Below, one piece after another: positions 1 to 8,460 of a DNA stretch of 60,501 bases; positions within the stretch are counted from its first letter, which is position 1; the number at the start of each line of letters is the position of its first letter. This DNA comes from a virus. Its lineage: Duplodnaviria; Caudoviricetes. The notes beneath the pieces are model-generated. The model worked only from the letters and a program-made list of their open reading frames with translations. It made no database searches and had not been told where the DNA came from. The translations under genes and the position numbers were made by a program. The stretch is from the IMG/VR virus record IMGVR_UViG_3300030116_002908, positions 1 to 60,501 of that record. One strand, written 5' to 3'.

Positions 1-389
1 GCGATGGCAGTACAACAACTTTCACATTAAATCAAACTGTAAGTTCAGAACAAGATATCGTTGTATCTGTAGATGGTGTGGTGCAAGAGCCAACTGGAGC
101 CTATACAGTGCCAGATGGAACAACTTTAACATTTACAGCCGCACCGAGTAATAACTCTGGCAACAATATTTTTGTTATGTTTTTTGGCAGAACATTTGGA
201 ACAGTTACACCAGCAGATGAAAATAAAGGTAATTTTAAATCTGGTGGTATCTTTAGAACGAACGCACAAAGTTTAACTTCTAACGTAACTATACTTGCCA
301 CAGAAAATGCACAAGTTACAGGTCCTTTAACAGTTGCATCTGGCGTGACTCTTACAGTTGAAAGTGGCGGAAGGTTAGTAACATCGTGA
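1..389 (+). CDS. Tail fibre anchor-like protein, 5'-partial (same gene begins at 60069)
   Basis: Frame is open from position 3 (DGSTTTFTLNQ...VSVDGVVQEP); an allelic copy is present at the window end. Confidence 0.7.
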   Translation, partial: DGSTTTFTLNQTVSSEQDIVVSVDGVVQEPTGAYTVPDGTTLTFTAAPSNNSGNNIFVMFFGRTFGTVTPADENKGNFKSGGIFRTNAQSLTSNVTILATENAQVTGPLTVASGVTLTVESGGRLVTS

Positions 390-811
390 GTGAAATATTT
401 GTAGATACAATACGAAAGACTGGCGGGTCATTAGGAACAGATATAAGAGTTAAGAATACATCTGTGTATGAGTCTGATGGTGGCACGAGTGTTACACAAA
501 ATTTAACATTAGCTGTTTCTAAAGCGTTTGCTAGATATCATATTTCAAACAACTCTTTAAATGCAACTTTGAATGTTGCTAGTGGAACAGACAATGGAAC
601 TGGAGATTATACTTTAACTTTTACAAATGCCTTTAGTGTTGCGAATGATATTACTACAGCACAAGGTGGAGTTACAAGTACAGGTGAATTAAGACAACCA
701 CAAACTAGAACATTAGCTACTGGCTCAGTAAGAACTATGATTGTTTATGTAAATGGTGGAGTAGCTGATAATGATGGAACTACAAATGTATATTTTGGAG
801 CATTAGCATGA
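386..811 (+). CDS. HGDLA-family tail fibre tip paralog (module A, alpha)
   Basis: 141 aa, Thr/Ser/Gly-rich, TDNGTGDY motif, ends YFGALA. Confidence 0.7.
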   Translation: MSEIFVDTIRKTGGSLGTDIRVKNTSVYESDGGTSVTQNLTLAVSKAFARYHISNNSLNATLNVASGTDNGTGDYTLTFTNAFSVANDITTAQGGVTSTGELRQPQTRTLATGSVRTMIVYVNGGVADNDGTTNVYFGALA

Positions 812-1203
812 GTACCATTAAGACAAACACCTTAACAGGTACAACTACAGCAGATGCTATAAATGTTACAGATGGTAGCACAACTGCAAGTTTACAAAAA
901 GGTTTAGGTAAAATCTTTATTAACTTCAATGGTGAAAGCACAGTATCCACTAGAGCTTCTATTAATGTAAGTAGTTTAGATGATGATGGCACAGGTGAAT
1001 ACGGAATAAATTATAGCAGTAATATGGATAACACTACATATTTTCCATCAGGTATGGCAGAGGAAGATGGTAAAGTTACTATTGTTGCAGGTGCTTATAG
1101 CACTAATTTTGCTACTAATCTTTTAAATATTAAATGTAAAACTGGAGGTAGCACAGTAGATAGAGAAGTTATCTCTGTAACAATACATGGAGACTTAGCA
1201 TAA
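808..1203 (+). CDS. HGDLA-family tail fibre tip paralog (module A, beta)
   Basis: 131 aa, DDDGTGEY motif, ends IHGDLA; ATGA overlap with the upstream gene. Confidence 0.7.
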   Translation: MSTIKTNTLTGTTTADAINVTDGSTTASLQKGLGKIFINFNGESTVSTRASINVSSLDDDGTGEYGINYSSNMDNTTYFPSGMAEEDGKVTIVAGAYSTNFATNLLNIKCKTGGSTVDREVISVTIHGDLA

Positions 1204-1607
1204 TGGCAAACGGAACAATAGCATTTGATACATTAACAACATCTGATTCAAAAAAGACAAGCACAGAAAAATCTGTAGACACAAGTTACATTTACAATGG
1301 CGTAACTAAAGCATGGCTTCAAATGAATGGGAAATCAGTTAGTATAGCAGTTGGAGATAATTTAAATCATTCGAGCATCACAGATTCTGGAACAGGTTTG
1401 TATGACCCAGTTTTTACAAGTCCTATGGCTAATGCAGTTTATTGTTCAACGGGTGCAGCAGGAGAGCTAGTAGATAATGGTGGAAATAGAATGGTAGGAC
1501 TGAGAGCAAGAGCGACCACTGGTCAACATTTAAGAGGTTTTTATGATGGAAATTCAGCTTCTGATTTAGATGACCTTAATTTAGCTGTTCACGGAGACTT
1601 AGCATGA
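1203..1607 (+). CDS. HGDLA-family tail fibre tip paralog (module A, gamma)
   Basis: 134 aa, KAW...TDSGTGLY, ends VHGDLA; TAATG overlap. Confidence 0.7.
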   Translation: MANGTIAFDTLTTSDSKKTSTEKSVDTSYIYNGVTKAWLQMNGKSVSIAVGDNLNHSSITDSGTGLYDPVFTSPMANAVYCSTGAAGELVDNGGNRMVGLRARATTGQHLRGFYDGNSASDLDDLNLAVHGDLA

Positions 1608-2089
1608 CAATAAAAACACCAAAGTTTCAAGGCACACATTTATGGGATAGATTGTGTTGGGCAAAAGAAAACTTAGAAGGTAAACAATCGGACTATCGTA
1701 TTGTATGGGAAGATCCAGATAAACCAGAAGAATGTTCTAAGGTAACTGTACCAGACCCCAACTGGTTAGCTTGTGCATTACAAGGCGGTATACTGCCACC
1801 AGTAGAAGTGTACTGGTTGTTAGCAGAAGATGAAGCGAAGCCAGATTTCAAGAAACACACAAGAGGTTATTTGCTACACAATACCAAACCAGTAGATGCA
1901 ATGACCGAAGAACAAGCAATAGAATATTTAATTATGAAAGACATACCACAAAGAGTGTGGAGAAATTATGACAAAGCTAATAAACCAAGATTAGTAATTT
2001 GTAAAAAGGATCAGCTACCAAGTACAAGAGAATGGCGTAACGCTTGGAAGATTGATGAAAATGTAGTAAATTTAGAAGAAGTAGCATAA
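1604..2089 (+). CDS. Hypothetical protein, possible tail fibre assembly factor
   Basis: 161 aa, C-terminal LPSTREWRNAW motif, coupled to the fibre genes. Confidence 0.55.
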   Translation: MTIKTPKFQGTHLWDRLCWAKENLEGKQSDYRIVWEDPDKPEECSKVTVPDPNWLACALQGGILPPVEVYWLLAEDEAKPDFKKHTRGYLLHNTKPVDAMTEEQAIEYLIMKDIPQRVWRNYDKANKPRLVICKKDQLPSTREWRNAWKIDENVVNLEEVA

Positions 2090-2099
2090 GGAGTAAAAA

Positions 2100-2477
2100 A
2101 TGCCGACAACAAATATAGTAGATAAAAATGGTGTTACTGTAGATGCTTCTACAGTTACTAAACCCTCTGATAGACATTTTAGAGGTGCTTGGGTCGTAGA
2201 CTCAGACAAGAAAGTTATATCAGAAGACATGACTGAAGCAAAAAAAATATTTCAAGAAAAGATTAGAGAAGTCAGAAAGCCTTTGCTTGAAGCAGAAGAT
2301 GTTGTGTATATGAAAGCGTTAGAAGCAGATGACGCAAGTGCAAAGACTGCAAGTGTGGCTAAAAAGAAAGCACTAAGAGATGCACCAGCAGCAAAAGCTA
2401 TATCTGATGCAGACACAATCGCAAAGCTCAAGGCAGCATGGGATACATCTGTATTAGGCGATAGTCCATACGCATAA
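2100..2477 (+). CDS. Putative tail fibre assembly chaperone
   Basis: IREVRKPLL...KKKALRDAP pattern typical of fibre chaperones; AGGAG RBS. Confidence 0.6.
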   Translation: MPTTNIVDKNGVTVDASTVTKPSDRHFRGAWVVDSDKKVISEDMTEAKKIFQEKIREVRKPLLEAEDVVYMKALEADDASAKTASVAKKKALRDAPAAKAISDADTIAKLKAAWDTSVLGDSPYA

Positions 2478-2487
2478 GGAGTAGTTA

Positions 2488-3018
2488 ATGGCTTTAACTC
2501 AATTAGGACCAGGTGCTTTTCCTAGTGGCAGTATTTTGCAAGTACAACGAACACAATTTACTTCAACTAATACTATAAGTTGTGCTCAAAATAATGATGT
2601 TGTAGCAACAGATTTAACTGTCAATATTACACCTAGTTTTTCTAATAGTGTTATTTTATTACAAGCACAATTATTGGGTGAGTGGTCAAATCATGCTGCA
2701 ACATGGGATGGTACAGTTTTCTTTTTCAGAGATTCTACTAAAATAGGTCATCCTACAGCAGGTAGTAGAAACAGTGGAGTTGGCGGATTTTACAGAAGCT
2801 ATACGGATAGTGACAATGCTTCTACGCCCAATTCAGCACCAATGTATTCTTTTTTTGACACACCTTCAAGCACTTCTCAAATAACATATAAAGTTGGTTT
2901 AAGACAATCAAGAAGTGGAACTTTAACATTTTATTTAAATAAAACAGTAAGTGACAGTGATGCTCAAAATTATGAAAGATTTACTTCATTTATATCAGCA
3001 ACAGAGATAAAGGGTTAA
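2488..3018 (+). CDS. Tail fibre tip / receptor-binding-like protein
   Basis: GSILQV...ITPS.SNS...DTPSSTSQITYKV...ATEIKG pattern common in marine phage fibre regions. Confidence 0.6.
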   Translation: MALTQLGPGAFPSGSILQVQRTQFTSTNTISCAQNNDVVATDLTVNITPSFSNSVILLQAQLLGEWSNHAATWDGTVFFFRDSTKIGHPTAGSRNSGVGGFYRSYTDSDNASTPNSAPMYSFFDTPSSTSQITYKVGLRQSRSGTLTFYLNKTVSDSDAQNYERFTSFISATEIKG

Positions 3019-3019
3019 A

Positions 3020-3478
3020 ATGCCATACATAGGAAGATCAGAAAATTTTGGAGTAAGAAGTAGATTTCAGTATCAAGCTACCGCTAGTCAAACGAGCTTT
3101 AGTGGTTCAGATGCCAACTCTTTAACGCTCAGTTATAATGACTCAAGGTACATGGATGTCTATCAAAATGGTGTGTTGCTTGTACCAGGCACAGACTATA
3201 CTGCAACTACTGGTACGACTGTCGTATTAGTTCAAGCTGCCAGTTTAAATGATATCGTAGAAATGGTTGTCTATGATGTCTTTACAGTTGCCAACTCTTA
3301 TACAAAAAACGAGTCAGATACAAGGTATCCTTTCAAGGGTAACAATAGTATAATCAGATTAAATGGTCAGACTATTAGTGCAGACATAACCATAGACTCA
3401 GATGAGAATGGCGTGAGTGCTGGACCTATAACACAATCAGCGACAGTTACTGTTAATGGTTATTGGAGTATCGTATGA
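3020..3478 (+). CDS. Tail fibre anchor-like protein (module B)
   Basis: MPYIG start, VYQNGVLL..GTDY; C-terminus similar to the ORF at 1-389 (GPIT...TVTV). Confidence 0.65.
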   Translation: MPYIGRSENFGVRSRFQYQATASQTSFSGSDANSLTLSYNDSRYMDVYQNGVLLVPGTDYTATTGTTVVLVQAASLNDIVEMVVYDVFTVANSYTKNESDTRYPFKGNNSIIRLNGQTISADITIDSDENGVSAGPITQSATVTVNGYWSIV

Positions 3479-3912
3479 CAAGTCAACTTAATGTAGATAC
3501 CATCGTAGATAAAGCAGGGTCAGGTGGCACGAATGTTAAGGTAGGTAATACATCTACTTATGTATCTGATGGTGGCAGTGCTACACAAAACCTAGTTCAA
3601 GGTATAGCAAAGGCTTGGCATACTATTGATGGTGAAGGAACTGTAGCTATAGTGGATAGTTTTAATATAGCAAGTATTACAGACAATGATACTGGGGATT
3701 ATTCATTTACTTACACAAATAATATGGGGACAGCAAAACATCCTGTAACAGGAAGTGTCGTTGGAGCTTCTACTGGAAACTATTTTAGTTATATAAGTTC
3801 AGATGGTGTTGCACAAGCAACTACTGGAAATACTACAAAAAATGTTCATCATAGTGGTGCTCAACAAGACACCGACCCTACACATTTTGTTATTCATGGA
3901 GACTTAGCATAA
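3475..3912 (+). CDS. HGDLA-family tail fibre tip paralog (module B, alpha)
   Basis: ATG at 3475 overlaps the upstream stop; ends IHGDLA. Confidence 0.7.
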   Translation: MTSQLNVDTIVDKAGSGGTNVKVGNTSTYVSDGGSATQNLVQGIAKAWHTIDGEGTVAIVDSFNIASITDNDTGDYSFTYTNNMGTAKHPVTGSVVGASTGNYFSYISSDGVAQATTGNTTKNVHHSGAQQDTDPTHFVIHGDLA

Positions 3913-4343
3913 TGGCTAGTGAACTTAAAGTAGATAAATTTACAGGTGTAAGCACAGCAGGTTCTATACTTGTTACAGGTGAAGGCAATAGTATAACAAC
4001 TAATCTGCAACAAGGGTTAGCTAAATTATGGGTTAATATAGATCAAATAGGAACGGCAGCATTAGTTGATTCTTTAAATTGTAGTGGCATTACAGACAAT
4101 GGTACAGGTGATGTAAGTGTAGCTCTATCAAACAATATGGGAAATGCAACTTATGCTCCATCTGGCATGACTACATCAAATCCATCAGGGGGTGGTTCTG
4201 GAGAAGATGAAGGACTTGTTACTATTGATACTAAAGCAAATATGACTACTTCATCAAACAGGCATACTACTATTAGAAATGATAATGATGAGAATATAGA
4301 TTATGACCCTGTTTGTATTATATATCACGGAGACTTAGCATAA
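3912..4343 (+). CDS. HGDLA-family tail fibre tip paralog (module B, beta)
   Basis: 143 aa, TDNGTGD motif, ends YHGDLA. Confidence 0.7.
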   Translation: MASELKVDKFTGVSTAGSILVTGEGNSITTNLQQGLAKLWVNIDQIGTAALVDSLNCSGITDNGTGDVSVALSNNMGNATYAPSGMTTSNPSGGGSGEDEGLVTIDTKANMTTSSNRHTTIRNDNDENIDYDPVCIIYHGDLA

Positions 4344-4705
4344 TGGCTAGTATATTAAGAGTAAACACATTAACAGATGCAAGTAGTAATAATTCAGTTT
4401 CATTAGAAACTGTATCTAATGGCAGTGCAAAGGCTTGGGCAAAACTTAATGATGCAGGAACTGCTCAAGACAGTTTTAATATTTCTTCAACTACTGAGAC
4501 ATCAAATGCTTTATATACAATAACAATCAATAATGACATGAACAATGCAAATTATTCTTTAACTGTTGGAACACACTACGCAGAATTAGTTGCTATTAAT
4601 TCAGTTGCAACTGGATCATACGCATTAAGAACTTTTGAAAGAACAGATAGCTTAACTGCTAATGATCAAATAACGCATAGCACAGTACACGGAGACTTAG
4701 CATGA
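4343..4705 (+). CDS. HGDLA-family tail fibre tip paralog (module B, gamma)
   Basis: ATG at 4343 (TAATG overlap); ends VHGDLA. Confidence 0.7.
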   Translation: MASILRVNTLTDASSNNSVSLETVSNGSAKAWAKLNDAGTAQDSFNISSTTETSNALYTITINNDMNNANYSLTVGTHYAELVAINSVATGSYALRTFERTDSLTANDQITHSTVHGDLA

Positions 4706-5802
4706 GTAAAGCAGCAGAATTAGCAAAGATGGGTGAAGTCCTAACCAATAATCAGGTTGGTGGTCGAAGAAATTTAATGATTAATGGTGGTATGCAAGTT
4801 GCACAAAGAGGCACAAGTTTTACAAGTATTGGTGGTACAGCAGGCGTTTATTCTATAGATAGATTTAGATATGGATTTACCATGAATAGTGGTAGACTTA
4901 CCATAACACAATCTACAGACTCTCCAAATGGTTTTGCAAATAGCTTTAAAGTAGATATTACAACAGCAGAATCTAGCCTCAATGCTGCTAGTGGAGCAGC
5001 TATATCTCAGTTTTTTGAAGGTCAAGATGTGCAAAAATTCAAAAAAGGCACATCCGATGCAGAGCAATATACTTTATCTTTTCATGTAAAATCTAATGTT
5101 ACTGGCACATATATAGTCGAGTTATTTGATCAAGATAATACAAGACAAGTAAGTAAATCTTATACAATAGATAGTGCTAACACATGGGAAAAGAAAACAT
5201 TAATTTTTCCTGCTGACACCACAGGTGCTTTTGATAATGACAATGCACTTTCATTTATTGCTCAATGGTTTCTTGCATCAGGAACTAATAGAACAAGTGG
5301 TACACTAAATACAAGTTGGGCAAGTTCTACGGATGCTAATAGAGCAGTTGGGCAAACAAATTTATTTTCTTCAACAGATAATGAATGGTACATTACTGGT
5401 GTGCAATTAGAAGTAGGCTCTGTAGCCACACCATTTGAGCATAGGTCATTTGGGGAAGAGCTACAACTCTGTCAAAGGTATTTTTGTAAAACATTTCAAT
5501 ATGCACAAGCACCTGCACAAAATCCTACAAATAAATTAAATGCAATATCAGGTCCTGCCGCTTCAAATAGTGCTTATGATAACATACTTCAATGGTGGAT
5601 GACAGTAAAATTAAGAGCAGCTCCTACTGTTACTACTTTTAATCCATATGCTTCAAATGCTAATTTTTCAAGTTCTGGTAGTAATGGGCCTACAGCACAA
5701 TTGTACTCAAGTGGAGAGAACAATGTGTCTATTAGAGATGATAGTGGTGGTTACCAAGGTGTTAATTTACAAATTCATGCAACAGCAGATGCAGAGTTAT
5801 AA
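4702..5802 (+). CDS. Tail fibre protein with carbohydrate-binding-like domain
   Basis: RRNLMINGGMQVAQRG...DRF...ITGVQLEVGSVATPFEHRSFGEELQLCQRY, a typical phage fibre signature. Confidence 0.75.
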   Translation: MSKAAELAKMGEVLTNNQVGGRRNLMINGGMQVAQRGTSFTSIGGTAGVYSIDRFRYGFTMNSGRLTITQSTDSPNGFANSFKVDITTAESSLNAASGAAISQFFEGQDVQKFKKGTSDAEQYTLSFHVKSNVTGTYIVELFDQDNTRQVSKSYTIDSANTWEKKTLIFPADTTGAFDNDNALSFIAQWFLASGTNRTSGTLNTSWASSTDANRAVGQTNLFSSTDNEWYITGVQLEVGSVATPFEHRSFGEELQLCQRYFCKTFQYAQAPAQNPTNKLNAISGPAASNSAYDNILQWWMTVKLRAAPTVTTFNPYASNANFSSSGSNGPTAQLYSSGENNVSIRDDSGGYQGVNLQIHATADAEL

Positions 5803-5813
5803 AGGTTAAAATA

Positions 5814-5987
5814 ATGAATATTACAACAGCACAATATAATAAACAAATAAATGGTTCAGATAAAATAATTATTGCAGAAATAGACGGACAAAAAATGTTT
5901 GTACCATTAGACCCTGCTAACAGACACTATGCAGAAATACTAAAACAAGTAGAAGCAGGAAGATTAACCATCAAGGATGCCGAGTGA
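5814..5987 (+). CDS. Small fibre-associated protein (57 aa, not in ORF track)
   Basis: Manual translation MNITTAQY...VPLDPANRHYAEILKQV...IKDAE*. Confidence 0.7.
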   Translation: MNITTAQYNKQINGSDKIIIAEIDGQKMFVPLDPANRHYAEILKQVEAGRLTIKDAE

Positions 5988-6469
5988 TGTTTGGTAACTC
6001 CTCTTTTGCTGAAGCCGCTTTTGCAAATGTAGGAGGCGTTTTACAAGTTGCCACAGCAGAGATGAGTGCTCTTGGCACTAGCTCAAGTATAGGCTCTGGA
6101 ATACTTGTGGGTGTTTCATCATTAAGTGGTAACTTTACTCAGACAACCGCAGGCATATTTATTACTGGTAGTGTTAGTGCAGAAGTTAGCTCTAATTTTA
6201 CACAAACCACTGAAGATATAAAGATAGTTAACTTTACAGATGTTACTATGTCTAGCATCTTTACTAAGACAACATCTGGTATAGCCATACTTTCTGGTGT
6301 ATCTTCACAAGATTTAAATTTTACAAAAACAACTTCTGGAGATATACTGTATGTAGCTATTGTGCCAGAAGCAAATGAGACTTATACTGAGATAACGCCA
6401 AGTGGTACAGAGACATGGACGGAGATAACGCCAAGTGGTACAGAAACATACACAGAAATAAACGCATGA
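5984..6469 (+). CDS. Virion structural protein with C-terminal TEITPSGTET repeats
   Basis: MFG..SFAEAAFA start; tandem 30-nt repeats near the 3' end. Confidence 0.6.
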   Translation: MMFGNSSFAEAAFANVGGVLQVATAEMSALGTSSSIGSGILVGVSSLSGNFTQTTAGIFITGSVSAEVSSNFTQTTEDIKIVNFTDVTMSSIFTKTTSGIAILSGVSSQDLNFTKTTSGDILYVAIVPEANETYTEITPSGTETWTEITPSGTETYTEINA

Positions 6470-6476
6470 GGGATAT

Positions 6477-7361
6477 ATGCCAAGTTCTTATACAGCAAAT
6501 TTAGGAGTAGAAAAAATAGGTTCTGGTGAACAAGCTGGAACTTGGGGGACAACGACTAATTTAAATCTAGATATTATAGACAGAGCCGTAAATGGTGTAG
6601 GAGCTATCACACTATCTGGCACATCACATACATTGACCACGACTGACGGGGCATTGTCAGAGGGTGGTAACAAAGTTCTTGTATTGGGTGGTTCACCATC
6701 TGGTACAAACACGATTACAATATCACCAAATGATCAAGACAAAATGTATTTTGTGCATAATAACTCTGGTCAGACTGCAACTTTTACACAAGGATCTGGT
6801 GGCAACGTATCTATACCAGACGGATCAAAAGGTCTTATCTTTGCAGATGGTGCAGGATCTGGTGCCAAAGTTACTGACTTGCTTGATGGTTTTGCTTTCG
6901 GCGGAACAAAAGTTACAGCTACAGGAGCAGAACTTAATCTTATGGATGGTGGCACAAGTGCTGGAACCACGGCTGTTGCAGCAGGTGATGGCATTGTGAC
7001 TAACGATGGTGGCACAATGAGACAAACAACTGCCGCTACTTTTTCTACATACTTTAATGCAAATCTTGTAACAGTTCCAAGTGCTATAACATCCTCTTCT
7101 GCTACACTTACACCTTCTTCTGCACAATCAATTTATCAAAAGGTGGATACTTCTAGTAACAATGTTGCTTTGACGTTAGCTATAGGTAGTTTAGCAATAG
7201 GACAATATATCATTGTAGATAAGACAAGTTCCTCAAACACTTTAACTTTAAGTTATCCGTCTAACTCTCAAGGTGTAAGCCTTGGTAGTTCAGTTTCTTT
7301 TGCAATAGCAATTAATCAAAATGGTTCTGTATTTACTTTTATAGAGTCAATTAAATTTTAG
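6477..7361 (+). CDS. Tail structural/fibre protein
   Basis: MPSSYT.NLG.E....GEQAGTWGTTTN N-terminus, Thr/Gly-rich. Confidence 0.65.
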   Translation: MPSSYTANLGVEKIGSGEQAGTWGTTTNLNLDIIDRAVNGVGAITLSGTSHTLTTTDGALSEGGNKVLVLGGSPSGTNTITISPNDQDKMYFVHNNSGQTATFTQGSGGNVSIPDGSKGLIFADGAGSGAKVTDLLDGFAFGGTKVTATGAELNLMDGGTSAGTTAVAAGDGIVTNDGGTMRQTTAATFSTYFNANLVTVPSAITSSSATLTPSSAQSIYQKVDTSSNNVALTLAIGSLAIGQYIIVDKTSSSNTLTLSYPSNSQGVSLGSSVSFAIAINQNGSVFTFIESIKF

Positions 7362-7368
7362 GTGACAA

Positions 7369-8460
7369 GTGGCAATACCTTTAATTTCAAACGTAGGTTT
7401 TACTGAGGTTAACTCAGCAGGGACTTTGAACGATAAAGCTGGAACTGCTAAAAGCAAATTACCTATTCAGTTTTTTAAACTTACAGATAATATATCTGGT
7501 AATCTTACTCTTAATAATGACTCTGCTCATAAAAAAATTATACTAGACACGAATGGTAACAATATATTAAATGCAAATGGCTCACCATTAACAACAAATT
7601 CAAGCACAACTTTAGAGTTAAGAGGCAGTGGTAACATTCAATCTACTTTAAAAACATCTACAGCTACTGAATCATCTACAAGTCATACAGGCACAACAAC
7701 ATTTTCAAACTCTGATAGTTCTACTATTGTTGTTTCAAATGTTGCAACAGATACGACTGTAGAAAAATATGTAGATGCGGGTGGTAATTATGTTTATAAC
7801 GGATCGTCAATAGATAGTGGAGTAACAACAGTTGGAGGAAGCACTCCAAATGCTGCTAATATATTTTCTGGATCATACAGTGGTGCTAGTACTCAGTATT
7901 CGATGAATGTTACAGATGGCACTACAGCTTTTCAATTTGTTGGAGATACAAGCACAAGCACTACAACCTCTCCTGCAAGCGCGGGATATAAATTATATGT
8001 TGCTACAATAGAACCTAACACAGTAAGTCAATTACGCATGGATGAATACTCTAATTATAGTGGGAGTATAGGGATATATAGTAGTTTAGTAGGTGGTGCT
8101 GTTGGTGGTCATAATAGATACTCTGGCACAACTAACCATCAATTAAATTTTTCAGGCACAAGAAGATTATGGTTTAGATATGTAAGATCGGGTAATGACA
8201 GAAGATTTGTCTTCACTAATAATTTAGCTATATCTTGTGTGTTGTCTGGTGCAGATCCTTTTGACGGAGTCACTGTGAGTGCTGGTGCAACTGCAACTTC
8301 TACATCAACAAACTCGACAGATGGATCATTTAATATTACTATGACAATATCTGGTAGTGATGGCAGTAGTCAGCCTTTTGCTTTAGCAGTCGTTAACAGT
8401 GGCACAGGTAGTCTTGATACTAGCGGATATAGCGGAACCTTTTCAGCGAGTGCATTATAA
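7369..8460 (+). CDS. Ser/Thr-rich virion protein (tail region)
   Basis: 363 aa ORF in the tail operon, GTG start. Confidence 0.55.
   Translation: MAIPLISNVGFTEVNSAGTLNDKAGTAKSKLPIQFFKLTDNISGNLTLNNDSAHKKIILDTNGNNILNANGSPLTTNSSTTLELRGSGNIQSTLKTSTATESSTSHTGTTTFSNSDSSTIVVSNVATDTTVEKYVDAGGNYVYNGSSIDSGVTTVGGSTPNAANIFSGSYSGASTQYSMNVTDGTTAFQFVGDTSTSTTTSPASAGYKLYVATIEPNTVSQLRMDEYSNYSGSIGIYSSLVGGAVGGHNRYSGTTNHQLNFSGTRRLWFRYVRSGNDRRFVFTNNLAISCVLSGADPFDGVTVSAGATATSTSTNSTDGSFNITMTISGSDGSSQPFALAVVNSGTGSLDTSGYSGTFSASAL

Noticed and set aside
1-371. True terminal direct repeat (T7-like) or DGR TR/VR pair
   Set aside because: The copies differ at about 8% of sites, mostly third codon positions and not adenine-specific, and the repeat lies mid-gene.
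386-4705. Diversity-generating retroelement or shufflon acting on the fibre paralogs
   Set aside because: No reverse transcriptase or invertase is visible, there is no near-identical TR/VR pair with adenine-specific changes, and all cassettes are intact genes in one orientation.
6385-6460. Tandem 30-nt repeats as a regulatory array
   Set aside because: They are in-frame peptide repeats (TEITPSGTET) inside a CDS.
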